NCBI GenBank assembly: GCA_963813715.1
Contig: CAWFAK010000008.1
Span: 32,001 to 96,000 of the forward strand
DNA length: 64,000 nt
Source of the DNA: an uncultured Planctomycetaceae bacterium
GTDB taxonomy: Bacteria; Planctomycetota; Planctomycetia; Planctomycetales; Planctomycetaceae
Reading direction: 5' to 3'
The notes beneath the pieces were generated by a model. The model ran no database searches. It was not told the DNA's origin and saw only the letters and a program-made list of their open reading frames with translations. The position numbers and the translations under genes are program-made. This document shows, in pieces, positions 1-10,955 of this stretch. Numbering within the stretch: the stretch's first letter is position 1; each line of letters starts with the position of its first letter.

Positions 1-10
1 GCACGCCCAG

Positions 11-241
11 GTGGTCAATGCGTCGGACGAGCTGACGGGCCGCGTCCGCAAAATCCGCGGCGTGGAGAGCGTCGAGGCGCGGGGTGACCGGCTTTCAATT
101 CGCGTGCGGGCCGAGGCACTGGCGCCCGAGGCGTTGCTGGAAGAACTGCGGACGGCCGGCGCGTCGGTGCGAATGTTCCAGCCCGAATCGCTCGAACTGG
201 AGACGGCCTTCCTCAAATTGACGGAGGGCCGGACCGCGTGA
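11..241 (+). CDS. ABC transporter ATP-binding protein, C-terminal fragment (truncated by window edge)
   Basis: Ends 'SLELETAFLKLTEG', typical of ABC-2 ATPase C-termini; stop overlaps the start of the permease. Confidence 0.7.
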   Translation: MVNASDELTGRVRKIRGVESVEARGDRLSIRVRAEALAPEALLEELRTAGASVRMFQPESLELETAFLKLTEGRTA

Positions 242-1902
242 TGTCCGCGTTGCGCCGGCTGCCTCTGGCCTCGTTCCGTTTGCCGGTGCTGGTCAAGGAT
301 CTGACCGAGCAAGCCGCGCAACGGCGGACCTACATCATTCGCTTCGCCTACGGACTCGTGCTGTTCACGTCGACGGTCGTGCTCTTTTACGCGAATCTCG
401 GCACGGGGGCTTCGGCCCGACAGACGCTCGGCCGCGGGTCTAGCTATTTCGCGATCCTGCTCGCATTCCAGATGATCGCCATGTATCTGGTCATTCCGCT
501 GCTGACGGCCGGGGCGATCGCCGGGGAGCGGCAGCGGGAAACGCTCGTGCTGCTGTTGCTGAGCCCGCTGACGCCGATGCAGATCGTGTTGCAAAAATAC
601 CTGAGCCGGATGGCTCCCGTGCTGACGTTCGTGTTTCTGTCGTTCCCCCTTCTGGCAATCACGTACACGTTTGGGGGCGTGACGGTGGGTCAGCTCTTGT
701 TGGGAATTGCCTTGGTGACGTTTGTGTGCCTCGAGTTGGGGGCGTTCGGCATCATGTGCTCGAGCTGGTCTGCGACGACGGCTCAGGCCCTCGGGGCGAC
801 TTATGTCGGCTCGCTTTTGTTCCCGTGGGTTTGTTCGGGCGTCTGCTGTACGTTTCCCGTGGCCGCACTCTCGGGCTCGACAAACGTTGTCGATCTCGGC
901 GCGCTCACGTCGGCCGGTTTTTGCCTGTTCTCGACGGTCGCCTGCCTCTCGATTGCGGAATTCGTTCTCTCCGCGCGGGCGTCGGCCAGTGCGCCGCGGA
1001 GCGTGCCGCCCCTGTTTCAAAAGATCGATCGCTTCTTCGAGGTGGTCAACGGCGTGGCCGGCGGCATCGTCGTTTGGCGAGACCGCGCCAGCCTGCCCTC
1101 AAGCGAGCCGATCCGCTGGCGCGAGACGCGCAAACGCACCTTCGGCACGCCCCGCTATCTGGCCCGCGTGCTGTTGGCACTCGAGCTGCCCGTAGTGGTT
1201 CTGGTGCCGGCGATCCGCCTCAAAGCGGCTCCTGCCATCCAAGAGCAGGGCCTGGCGATTGTGCTCGCAATCACTTGGGTCAGCGCGGTCCTGCTGGTCG
1301 GCGTATTTGCCGCGAGCATTGTGTCGCAGGAACGCTCGCGACAGACACTCGCCGTGCTGTTGACCGCACCTCTTTCCGGCCGCCAAATCCTGCAGCAAAA
1401 ACTGGCGGGCGTCGACCGCTTGATCCTGGTGCTCTTGGCGCCCTTGGTCAGCTTCATCGGTTTTCAGTTCTGGTGGAAATCGCCCGGGGCCGGTCGCTAT
1501 CTGGTATTGGCGCTGCTGACGCTCATTTATCTGCCGTGTGTGAAATGGCTGGCGACCGGATTCGGGCTCAGGATGCGAACACAACTGATCGCCATCGTGG
1601 TGACGGTCTCGACGCTGGCGATCTGGACGCTGGCACCGCCCCTCGCGCTGGCAGTCCTGGGTCAGTTCCAACTCGACGGGCCTGCCGTGAGAGAATTCGT
1701 CCTGGTGTTGAGTCCCCTCAACGCCGTGGCCGCGATCCAAAAAATGGCGACAAATTCATCCGGTTTGCCTGGCAGGCTGCTCGAACGCGATCGGCCATTT
1801 CTGTGGCACTTCGCCCTTTACGCGGGCCTCTGGTTTCTGCTGCGGCAGTATTGCCTGCGGAACCTCGACCGCCGCCTGGGCCGCGTTCCGCAACCGGGCT
1901 GA
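238..1902 (+). CDS. ABC-2 type transporter permease, internally duplicated
   Basis: Many TM segments; two 'IAGERQRETL..LL.SPL' / 'IVSQERSRQTL..LL.APL' motifs. Confidence 0.8.
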   Translation: MMSALRRLPLASFRLPVLVKDLTEQAAQRRTYIIRFAYGLVLFTSTVVLFYANLGTGASARQTLGRGSSYFAILLAFQMIAMYLVIPLLTAGAIAGERQRETLVLLLLSPLTPMQIVLQKYLSRMAPVLTFVFLSFPLLAITYTFGGVTVGQLLLGIALVTFVCLELGAFGIMCSSWSATTAQALGATYVGSLLFPWVCSGVCCTFPVAALSGSTNVVDLGALTSAGFCLFSTVACLSIAEFVLSARASASAPRSVPPLFQKIDRFFEVVNGVAGGIVVWRDRASLPSSEPIRWRETRKRTFGTPRYLARVLLALELPVVVLVPAIRLKAAPAIQEQGLAIVLAITWVSAVLLVGVFAASIVSQERSRQTLAVLLTAPLSGRQILQQKLAGVDRLILVLLAPLVSFIGFQFWWKSPGAGRYLVLALLTLIYLPCVKWLATGFGLRMRTQLIAIVVTVSTLAIWTLAPPLALAVLGQFQLDGPAVREFVLVLSPLNAVAAIQKMATNSSGLPGRLLERDRPFLWHFALYAGLWFLLRQYCLRNLDRRLGRVPQPG

Positions 1903-1957
1903 CCCCCATCCCCGCCCGAGCCGTTAAAATAGTACTGCCGGTGGGTAGACCGGACGT

Positions 1958-2443
1958 TTGGGCGAATCCTCAACAGCAGGCGGCGAACGCGTGTCGGAAG
2001 GCTTGAACGATCCTCACGATTTGAACCGCTTCCTGCGCGCTCAAGAAAGCGACTATGCGCAGGCGCTTGAAGAAATCCAGTGGGGCCAAAAGCGGTCGCA
2101 CTGGATGTGGTATATCCTCCCGCAGTTCGACGGCCTGGGGCAAAGCTCGACGTCGAAGAAATACTCGATCAAGAGCGTGGCCGAGGCCAAGGCGTACCTC
2201 GCGCATCCCGTTCTTGGTTCGCGGCTCATCGAGTGCTGCGAAGCCGCGCTCAAAATCGAGGGACGATCGGTGCATACAATCTTCGGTTCTCCGGACGATC
2301 TCAAGCTCAAGTCGTGCGCGACGTTGTTTGCCCACATCTCACCGCGCGGATCGGTGTTTGAACTTTTGCTCGACAAGTATTTTGACGGCGATCGTGACCA
2401 AAAGACGTTGCGCCTGATGGGCGCCGCGACTGACGGAGCGTAA
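1958..2443 (+). CDS. DUF1810 family protein
   Basis: DLNRFLRAQ, GQKRSHWMWYILPQ, YLAHPVLGSRL, IFGSPDDLKLKSCATLF motifs; start uncertain. Confidence 0.9.
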   Translation: MGESSTAGGERVSEGLNDPHDLNRFLRAQESDYAQALEEIQWGQKRSHWMWYILPQFDGLGQSSTSKKYSIKSVAEAKAYLAHPVLGSRLIECCEAALKIEGRSVHTIFGSPDDLKLKSCATLFAHISPRGSVFELLLDKYFDGDRDQKTLRLMGAATDGA

Positions 2444-2484
2444 TCGGGGGAAGGCGTCCGAGTCGGGCCAAAATTCGTTCCCAA

Positions 2485-3874
2485 TTGCCAAAGGTAGGTT
2501 CTGTGTCCGAAAACGGTCGACGATTTCCGATCCCCACAATCCGCGAGCGAAAGGACCATGGCCGCGGCCTGCGGAAGGTGATTGGCCGCACGGCGCAGGG
2601 CGATTGGGAACCAGCCGCCAATCGACCCCAGGCGCTCGAAATGCTGGCTGCGCGTCAACCAACAGCGGTTGAAGGCCCTGTTGCCGATCAAGATGGGACG
2701 CATGGCCGCGTCGCCGTTCGGCTTTTTGCGCGGTGCGGCGGCACTGATGGCGTTCGACTTGTCGCAATGGCCGACGACTGGGCTGAACGTGCAAATGTGC
2801 GGCGACGCGCACGTCGGCAATCTCGGCGCCTTCGCGGCCCCCGATGGGCATCTGATCTTTGACCTCAACGACTTTGACGAGTCGATGCCCGGCCCCTGGG
2901 AATGGGACGTCAAACGAATGGCGACCAGTCTGGTGCTGGCGGGACGGGTCGCTCGGGAAAGCGAGTCGACCTGCCGCGACGCCGTCATTTCGTTTGTCGC
3001 CGAATATCGTCGGGCCGTCTGCGAATTCTCGAAGCTGTCGGTCTTCGATTTGGCGAAGTACGAGATCCGCCGTCGCAGTCAGGTCCCGCTGGTTCGGAAG
3101 GTCCTGGCGAAGGCAGAGCGGGTGACTTCACAGTACGTGCTGGAAAAGTATACGGACTGCGCGAACGGCCGCCCGTCGACGCGATCCCCTCGAGTCAGCA
3201 CGCCGCGTTTTCGCGACGAGCCCCCACTGCTGCGGCGCGTTTCGAGGGGCGTCGTCCGGGATGTGATCGCGTCGTTGGCCGAGTATCGCGAGACGCTGGG
3301 GCCCGATCGCCAGCTCGTCTTCGACGCCTACCATCCAGTTCAAGTCGGATTCAAGGTCGCCGGGACGGGCAGCGTGGCCCTACGAAACTACCTCGTGCTG
3401 TGCCTGGGCAAAAAACGCGACGACGCGATCGTGCTGCAGGTGAAGGAGGCGCGGGAGGCGTGCGCCGCGGCCTATCTCGCCAACGTGCAAGTTCCCGCTC
3501 ACCAGGGCCGACGCGTCGCCGAGGGCCAGCATCGGCTGCAGACCGAGTCGGACCCGTTGTTGGGCTGGACGACGATCGGCCAGCACCACTTCCTGGTGCG
3601 GCAACTGGCTGACCACAAAGCCCGGTTGGACGCCGCCGAACTGCACGGTCCGACGCTGTGCGAGTACGCGGCGCTCTGCGGACGTATTCTGGCCAAGGGG
3701 CACGCCCGCACCGGCGATCCGGTGGCGCTCTCCGCCTATTGCGGCGAGTCCGACCGTCTCGACCGGGCCATCGCCAAATTCGCCGTTCTGTACGCCGATC
3801 AAACCACGCGAGACCACGGCCTGTTGACCGCCGCCATTCGCAAACACCGCATCAAAGCGCTCCTGGGTGTGTGA
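2485..3874 (+). CDS. DUF2252 family protein (frameshift near 2630-2660)
   Basis: RMAASPFGFLRGAA, CGDAHVGN, FDLNDFDE, GPWEWDVKR, KVAGTGSV; N-terminus (RERKDHGRGLRK) lies in another frame. Confidence 0.85.
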
Positions 3875-3985
3875 CGTCTGGTCCTTGGGTGAGACTGCGC
3901 AACGAAGCGCGCTTTTCGAGCCTTCGCCCCAAAACAAGCCGGGGCAAACGACCGTCCACGCCAACCCAAGCCGATCCGCCCCAGG

Positions 3986-4006
3986 TGCAGGGGCGTTGCC
4001 CCTGCA
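3986..4006. repeat. REP-like palindrome
   Basis: TGCAGGGGC-gtt-GCCCCTGCA, perfect 9-bp stem, intergenic. Confidence 0.5.
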
Positions 4007-4037
4007 GGAAAGGAGGGGCTAGAATGCGCGGAAAGAG

Positions 4038-4775
4038 TTGTGGCAACGGATGACTTCGGAATTGGAGATTGGGATGCGTCGGTGCTCGTCGACTTTTGTG
4101 GCCCTGTGCGGTTTGGTTCTGGCTTCGGGCTGTAGCGCTGCGGCGAAAGAAAAAGAAGCCGGGCCGCATCCGCGGTGCTACCTGGATATCACGGCTAACG
4201 GCAAGAAGCTGGGACGGATCGTCGTCGAGTTGCGACAGGACGTCGTGCCGAAGACGGCCGAGAATTTCCGGGCGCTGTGCACGGGCGAGAAAGGCTTTGG
4301 CTTCAAGGGGAGCCCGTTTCACCGCATTATTCCAGGGTTCATGTGCCAAGGCGGCGACTTCACCGAGTTCAATGGACAGGGCGGCAAGTCGATCTACGGC
4401 GATCGCTTCGACGACGAGAATTTCGAACTGAAGCACGCGACCGGCGTGCTGAGCATGGCCAACCGAGGACCGAATACCGACGGCTCGCAGTTTTACATCT
4501 GCACGGGGCCGACTAAGTCGCTCTCCTACCTGGACGGCCACTACGTCGTTTTCGGCCGGGTGGTCCAGGGCATGGACGTCGTCAGCAAGATCGAAAACCT
4601 CGGGTCGCAAAGCGGCAAGCCACGAGCCAAGGTGATCATTGAAGATTGTGGCGAATTGAAGCCAGAGAGTCAGAAAACGAGCGAGCTGAAGTCGGAACCT
4701 GCAAAGCCCGCTGAGCTGACGCCTGCGCCGGCCAAGCCGGGTGTGGCGCAGCCATCGGTGAAGACGAGCGCCTGA
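4038..4775 (+). CDS. Cyclophilin-type peptidyl-prolyl cis-trans isomerase, probable lipoprotein
   Basis: [48 protein letters not shown]; lipobox-like LASG-C; true start probably ATG at 4074. Confidence 0.95.
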   Translation: MWQRMTSELEIGMRRCSSTFVALCGLVLASGCSAAAKEKEAGPHPRCYLDITANGKKLGRIVVELRQDVVPKTAENFRALCTGEKGFGFKGSPFHRIIPGFMCQGGDFTEFNGQGGKSIYGDRFDDENFELKHATGVLSMANRGPNTDGSQFYICTGPTKSLSYLDGHYVVFGRVVQGMDVVSKIENLGSQSGKPRAKVIIEDCGELKPESQKTSELKSEPAKPAELTPAPAKPGVAQPSVKTSA

Positions 4776-4828
4776 GCAACGGCGTTCGACTCGGAATTTC
4801 GACGCCGGCGAGTGCTGCCCGGGGGCGC

Positions 4829-5302
4829 TCAGGCCGAGGCGTTCTTCAAGAGCGCAATCTGTCCGGCGTGATAAGCGTCGTGCTGAATGATGCCGTGCGC
4901 CAGCACATAGAGCGAGAACTTATTTTTGGGGGCTTTCTCAGGCAGGCGTTCGTCCGTTACTGCGACGATCGCCGCTTCCAGATGTCCCTGCGTGCGGGCC
5001 AGTTCGTCGAGCGACTCTTGCCACGCCGTGGCCGACGGGCTTTCCGGGACCTTCGGCCAATTTTCCTCGAAGGTGACGGGGGCAACCGTCTCGCCGCTTA
5101 AGAGTCGAATCGCGACGCTCCGCCAGGTAATCGCGTGCAGCACTTCCTCCCAGATGCTGTGGGCACCGGGAATCGGGTGGGCGGCGGCGCGTTCGGCCGT
5201 CATCCCCTCGAGCAGTTTGCACAGCGAGGTGCCGTACCAGGGCTCGCCATCGAAGGCGTCGTGCGAGAGCAGGGCAATGCGGCTGACTTCGATCGTGCTC
5301 AT
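4829..5302 (-). CDS. DinB family protein
   Basis: HSIWEEVLH and HGIIQHDAYHAGQI motifs. Confidence 0.85.
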   Translation of the reverse strand: MSTIEVSRIALLSHDAFDGEPWYGTSLCKLLEGMTAERAAAHPIPGAHSIWEEVLHAITWRSVAIRLLSGETVAPVTFEENWPKVPESPSATAWQESLDELARTQGHLEAAIVAVTDERLPEKAPKNKFSLYVLAHGIIQHDAYHAGQIALLKNASA

Positions 5303-5312
5303 GGTCGAGACC

Positions 5313-6781
5313 TCAGCGGTGCGGGGCAATGTCGGGCAGCTTCAACACGGGCCGCAGGCCGAGACACGCCCGATAACTGTCGCGGACCCGCTCGACGCCG
5401 AAGGCCGACGAAATTGCTTTCCAGCGATTGCCGACCTCGGCGAGGGCGGCTTCGGGCGTCGCCTTCTTCTCCAGGGCGGACGTGATGCCGTCGGAGAGCG
5501 CGCGGCGAAATTCGTTTCGCCCGACGACCGGCAATTCGGGAGACAGATTGGCTGTGCGCAAGCTTTCAGCAGTCACTCCCAGATAGCCGTAGACCTCGTC
5601 GGTTCTCAACTCGGGACCCGACCAATCGATGGCCTTGGCCAGTTGGGTCTCGCGGGAGACGGTCTTGGGCACATTGGCGAGCGCCTGTTGAAAACGCTCG
5701 ACGCCCAGAAAGTTGACGAGGTTCCACGCGGCTTCCGCGCGGTCGGCGGGGGTCGACTTGGCGACGGCCAGCGCCAGCCCACCAATGGGGGCAAGCGTCG
5801 CGTAGTTGATCTCGCCGTTGGGCGGAGGCTCCCAGCTTTTCGTTTGCCGATCGTAAATCTGTCGCACGCCGGGCAGCCGGACGAACGTCAGAAACTCGCC
5901 CGCCGCCCGCTCGGTTGGCTTTTCGTCGGCGCGGCCAGACTCGAACGCGAGGGCCATCGCCGCCTTGCCGGTAAAAACCAGGCGACGACACTCGGCCGGG
6001 CCGAGCTTCAACGAGTCGGGCGACAGTTTGGGCACCTGAGCCAGCGACGTCTCGAGTGCCCGCGCGAACCCCGGCGAGTCGATCAGCGGGCGCCCGTGTC
6101 GATATCGAAGTAGACCGAATAATTCCCCGGCTTCATCACATCGGGCAGGGCCCGGGCCAGAAACACGGTCGAGCGGAACTCGGGCGCCCAGGGTTCGACG
6201 GCCGTCAGTCCGGGGGCCCATTTTGGCAACGTGTCGAGCAGCGTCTGGTAGTCGTCCCAAGTCTGCGGCGGCTTCAGTCCCGCCTTCGTCAGCAAGTCGC
6301 TGCGCAGATAACAGGACAGGACCGGGGCGGAAATCGGCACAAGCGTCGGCCGGCCGCTGATCGTCAGCACGCGGTCGCGCAGGCCGGGGAAGAAGTCGAT
6401 CCAATCGCCGGGGGTTTCTCCGGCCTGCGTGCCCTCGGGAATCCGAGCCAGCCGATTCGCGGCATCGATCGCCGGCAGATCGGCAAAGGGCAGGACGAGC
6501 ACGTCGCCCGCCGGCAATTCCTTGAGGCCGCCCGCAGCGCGGTTGTACTCAGCCAGTTTGCACTTGGCCCCGGTCTGCTCGGACCACTCGTCGAGAGCCG
6601 CCCGCCACGAGTCGCCGAAGCCAAGCCCCGCGGGAAAGGCGACGGTGACCGTTTGGCCCGAAAACGGATGCGCGGGGGCACGAGGCTTGTCGGGTTGATC
6701 TTCGCAGCCCGGCAGCGTCAGCAGGCAAACGCTGGCGACCAACCCTAAACAGCCCAAGAGTCCCAGTCCGCGGAGCTTCAT
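5313..6781 (-). CDS. Extracellular solute-binding lipoprotein (frameshift near 6085)
   Basis: Lipobox LTLPG-C, YLRSDLL..AGLKPPQTWDDY, C-terminal TPEAALAEVGNRW; joins ORFs 6083-6781 and 5313-6404. Confidence 0.75.
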
Positions 6782-7113
6782 AAGAGTTCAGTTCTCCAGT
6801 TTTGGACGCTGGGCTGAGAACCGAGTTTCGTGTGTGGCATGGACTGAGGGCGTTGACCCTCACGCGGTTGCAACTGGCTCTCTGGAAATGCCTTGCAGCG
6901 ATCGGCGACTTTGTGAGCAGGCGTTCGGGAAGGTGCGGAACCCCAGGGTCTGGCTCAATCGGCACAATCAATAGAACCGATAAATCTTACAGGCTATTCC
7001 CAAGAACGTAAATCTTGCGCGAAACCGCACGGGGGCAACGGGGCCGGTTGCCCGTGTGAGGAATTGCCACAGCTGAGGAATTGCCACAGCATCGTCGTCG
7101 CGGAGGGATTCCC

Positions 7114-9015
7114 GTGAGATCGAAATGGCTTACGCTCGCGTTTGTCGGCTCGTTGGGGCTAATGGCCACGCTTTGGTGGGCCAGCGGCGGTGCTTCGTTC
7201 GCCGCGGACGAGGACCGGCCGCCCCAGATCGGAGACAACGACCAGCGGCGGCAGGCGCTCGAGCTGCTCCGACGCGCGAATGCCGAGCTACAGGCCAATC
7301 GATTCGATGCGGCACGCCAATTGGCGAAGCAGGCGGACGATTTGCACGCGACCTACAGTCTGTTTGACGTGCGGCCGGAACACGTGCTAGCCGACGTCGA
7401 GCGACGCGAGCGTTCGAGCGAATTTCTGGCACCGGCTTCCTCCGCCCAACATACGGAGAGCCAGGCTCCAACGCCGTCACCCCAACCGGCTGAACACCAA
7501 GTGCAGGCTCCCAAGACGGCGACTGCGAGCGATCCGAACTTCACGCTGACCGATCCCTTCAGCCATCCGAAGACCTGGCTCCCCAGTGCCGGCGGGACGT
7601 CCAGCAATTCGTCGGCAACGGACAACGATCCGAGTGCCGCGACTCAGAGCGTTCCGGTCGGCGCAGGCTGCCGAGCGGCCCGCGCGTCCGCTCGTTCCCG
7701 CTACGCCCACGCCGGAGCAGCGGATCAAAGCCCGCGCTGTGACGATGCTCGACCAGGGCTTACAAGCACTCGACGAACACCGGCTGGACGATGCCGACCG
7801 CTACGCGCGGGCCGCGCTGGCACTCCACGCGTCGTTCGGCAAACTCGAATACAAGCCGGAGTACCTGCTGACGGAAGTCGGCATCGCCCGCGCACGCCGG
7901 CGACTCGAGACGGAAACGACGCCGGCGACGCAGTCGCAGTTGTCACAGTCACCGGCGTCGCGATCGGCAATGGCGGCGTCGCCAATGTCGCCGTCGTCGC
8001 CATGGCAGACGTCATCGAGCGGTTCGCCAGCCCAGATGTCACCCAATCAGACGTTTCCGAACCAGATTGCCTCGAACCAGATAGCCCCGAACTCGGCATC
8101 AAGCGCTGCTCTGCCGCAGGCAGCGGTTACCGCTACACAACCGCCGGCGCCCCTGTCACGCGCAACGACCGCAGCACCCGCTGCGGCAACGCCGATCGCC
8201 CCCACGGCACAAGGATCGGAGTTAGCAGACCGTCATCGCGCCGAACAGATGTTGCAGGAGGCGGTCGACGACCTGCACGCCGGTCGCGACGATTTGGCGC
8301 GGCTGCGGATTCAAGGGCGCTCCGCGTGATGCATCCGAATGCGCCGTCGCCCCTGCCCCTGCCGACCGTCGGCTCGACGATCGGTGCCGAACCGATAGCC
8401 GGCGGACCATTGCCGCCGCAGCCGGGGATGCCGCGTGCTGGTTTTCCGTCCTACGTTCCTCCTCCCGTGGCCGACGACCGCGACGCGGTCCTCAAGCCGC
8501 TGCACGATCCTTATTTCGGCGACGAAGCGACGTCGACCAAGAAGAGCACGGCGGCCGAAAACTCGCTCCGCGAAATGCTGCCCGACGAAGTCCCGTTGCA
8601 CCCGGCTTTGTCGCTGGACCGTCCGCTTCCGGTGATGTCGACCGAAGTGGCAAATCCGCCCGTCGCCGCGTCGAACCCGCCGAACGCTGCCGCAAGTCGG
8701 TTCGCCGCCGCGCCCGGAGGCGTCATGCAAGCGGTTGGGGGTCCGCAGACACAGGGGGCCAAGGTTCATTGGCCGGAAAGCGATCCGGCCCCGCCGTCGC
8801 AGTCGACCGCCGCATTCAGCGGGTCATCTCGCAGTGCCTACCCCGCGTCGAACCCGCCGACAGCTGCGTCACAGGCTCCCGCAGCGCCGCCGGCAAATTC
8901 GACGGCCCGTTATCCCTACACGCCGCCGACCACCGATCCGGTGACGCCGGCCTCCCCGGACTCGCAACATCCCGGTTACTTCCGCCGCGTTTGGAGCGCT
9001 TTGACCGGCGACTGA
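7114..9015 (+). CDS. Secreted hypothetical protein with three helical repeats and Pro/Ala/Ser linkers (frameshifted)
   Basis: Signal peptide after GGAGGG; repeated 'A..LL..A...L...R.D.A' units split between ORFs 7081-9015 and 7586-8329. Confidence 0.6.
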   Translation: MRSKWLTLAFVGSLGLMATLWWASGGASFAADEDRPPQIGDNDQRRQALELLRRANAELQANRFDAARQLAKQADDLHATYSLFDVRPEHVLADVERRERSSEFLAPASSAQHTESQAPTPSPQPAEHQVQAPKTATASDPNFTLTDPFSHPKTWLPSAGGTSSNSSATDNDPSAATQSVPVGAGCRAARASARSRYAHAGAADQSPRCDDARPGLTSTRRTPAGRCRPLRAGRAGTPRVVRQTRIQAGVPADGSRHRPRTPATRDGNDAGDAVAVVTVTGVAIGNGGVANVAVVAMADVIERFASPDVTQSDVSEPDCLEPDSPELGIKRCSAAGSGYRYTTAGAPVTRNDRSTRCGNADRPHGTRIGVSRPSSRRTDVAGGGRRPARRSRRFGAAADSRALRVMHPNAPSPLPLPTVGSTIGAEPIAGGPLPPQPGMPRAGFPSYVPPPVADDRDAVLKPLHDPYFGDEATSTKKSTAAENSLREMLPDEVPLHPALSLDRPLPVMSTEVANPPVAASNPPNAAASRFAAAPGGVMQAVGGPQTQGAKVHWPESDPAPPSQSTAAFSGSSRSAYPASNPPTAASQAPAAPPANSTARYPYTPPTTDPVTPASPDSQHPGYFRRVWSALTGD

Positions 9016-9045
9016 CGAATGCCGGCGAAATGAAGATCGAGGCGC

Positions 9046-9136
9046 GTGCCACGGCTGAGACGCTTCGACTCAGCCGTGCTCTTTCCGGCTGCTGATGACG
9101 CTTGCTGAACCGTGAAGAGCACGGCTGAGCAAGCTC
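9046..9136. repeat. Inverted REP-like doublet; second unit split by an IS
   Basis: GTGCCACGGCTGAG..CTCAGCCGTGCTCTT (9046-9083) and AAGAGCACGGCTGAGCAAGCTC (9115-9136), which continues as AACCGTGGCAC at 10322-10332. Confidence 0.75.
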
Positions 9137-10311
9137 GAGGGGATCCGGGAATTAGGCGCTCTAAGAGAAAGGGTCTCCGTGGGTTAATGTTTTTTTGTCA
9201 CAAAGAACATTGGCCCCACGGGAGACCCAGGATGGGACATTCTACCCGCGCCGAGAAGCCTGCATGCGTTGGTGAAGTTGATGATTCCTGTGTGCCAGCG
9301 TGCTGGAGAGAGCACCCGCGTCGCGGTCCGGGACGACCACCGGAGATTGCTGATTGGGTCATGCTCGTGCTCGTAACTGTCGCGATTCTCAAATACCGTC
9401 GGAACAAATCGCCCAATACCGATTTCTCAGTCAAAACCGAGCCAAGCTTTTGGAATGGATCGGGACCACCCGGTTCCCGTCACGCAGCACGTACTGTGAG
9501 CGTTATCGAAGGGCCCATCGCCTGTTTCAGGTTGCCGTTCGTCTTCAAGGCAGGTGTCTGTTGAAGCATCAAGTCGGCGACGCACGTTGTGTGGCTGTCG
9601 ACAAAAGCCTGATTCGGTCGTTGGGTCCGAAGTGGCCAAAACGGCTGCGCATCCAAGGAAAGCTTTTGCGGGGTGTGGACCGTGAGAGCACGTGGGGCTA
9701 TTGCAAGCACCATGGTTGGGTCCAGGGCTACTCCTACGAAGTCCTACTTTCTGCGGGGAAAAAGGGACTTGTTGTGCCCCTCTTGGCGTCGGTGAATCAG
9801 GCTCACTGGAGTGAGCACCGGTCATTCCCCGAAAAGATTCCACACTTGCCTCGACCACGAAGTACGTTCTGGCGGATAGCGGCTACGACGGCAATGACCA
9901 CGCTGACGCCATCGAGCGAGATTCGCGTGGCAACCCGACAGGCCGGCGGTTTTTATGCCCTCAAATCTACCGAGGAGGACATCGTCGCCAGCCGGGACCA
10001 TTTCACGACGCACATCGTGCTCGAAGAGAAGTCCGCACTCGCCGGGAGGCGCGATATCAGTACTTCCAGACGAAGACAGCCCGCCTTCACTATTCGCGGC
10101 GAGGCAGAACCGCCGAGCCGTTCCACGAATGGTTCAAATCCACATTGCAACTTCACGAGCGAGCCTGGCACCGTGGCTTGGACAACAACCGCACCCAAGT
10201 TCTCGGCGCCCTGTTCGCCTACCAGCTACTCGTTCGCTACAACCGCCGAAAACACAAACACAACGGCTCAGTTCGCTGGATCCTCGACGGCCTCTGAATT
10301 CCCGGATCCTC
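9137..10311 (+). mobile_element. Insertion sequence with DDE transposase (IS4/IS5/IS982-like; family unresolved)
   Basis: TIRs GAGGGGATCCGGGAATT / AATTCCCGGATCCTC; 10-bp direct repeat GAGCAAGCTC at 9127-9136 and 10312-10321. Confidence 0.85.
9232..10297 (+). CDS. DDE transposase (several frameshifts)
   Basis: GRPPEIADW, VAVDKSL, WGYCKHHGWVQGYSYEV, LADSGYD in a shifted frame, RRGRTAEPFHEWFK; stop TGA overlaps the right TIR. Confidence 0.75.
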
Positions 10312-10366
10312 GAGCAAGCTCAACCGTGGCACCTCGCCAAGAATCCCTCGCTCCAGCTTTTTCGAG

Positions 10367-10881
10367 AGGGTAAAGCTACACGCGGTGGTCGGCAGCGATG
10401 GCTCGACGCTGCGTGGCGCGTGGCTCCCATGCAAAAGGATGAGCGGGCGATGGGGCGGCGGATGTTGAAGCGAGCGGCTGTGCAAGGGTACTTGCTCGCC
10501 GATGCAAATTTCGACTCGAACGAGTTACACGACGTCTGCCTCGAACGCGGCGTGCAACTGGTGGCACCTCCGCGTTACGGATTTGGCCGTCGCCGTGGCC
10601 ATCGGCGTCAGAGTCCCGCTCGGCTGCGATCTCTTGACGCTCTCGAATCCGCAAAGCTCGTTCGGCCGTGCCCTCCATCAAGAACGTAACGCGATCGAAC
10701 GCTACTTCGGAGACTGGAGCACTTGGAGCGACGGATTGCAGGCACTGCCCGCTTGGGTTCGCGGCCACCGACGCGTCCACCGCTGGGTGCAAGGCAAGCT
10801 CATCTTTACCGCCTTGCGACGGCGATGCCAAAAAACGACTTACGTCACGAGATGAAAAAAGTTTCACGCTTCGGGTTGGTA
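10367..10881 (+). repeat. Degenerate direct duplicate of 11345-11864 (3' half of transposase, right end and flank)
   Basis: Near-identical sequence with small deletions and substitutions. Confidence 0.9.
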
Positions 10882-10955
10882 GTCATAAAGACTTGCGCAA
10901 TAAAAAGTTGGTGCTACACATAGTCTCAATCGTAACCACACGAAAGGAGACGGAT

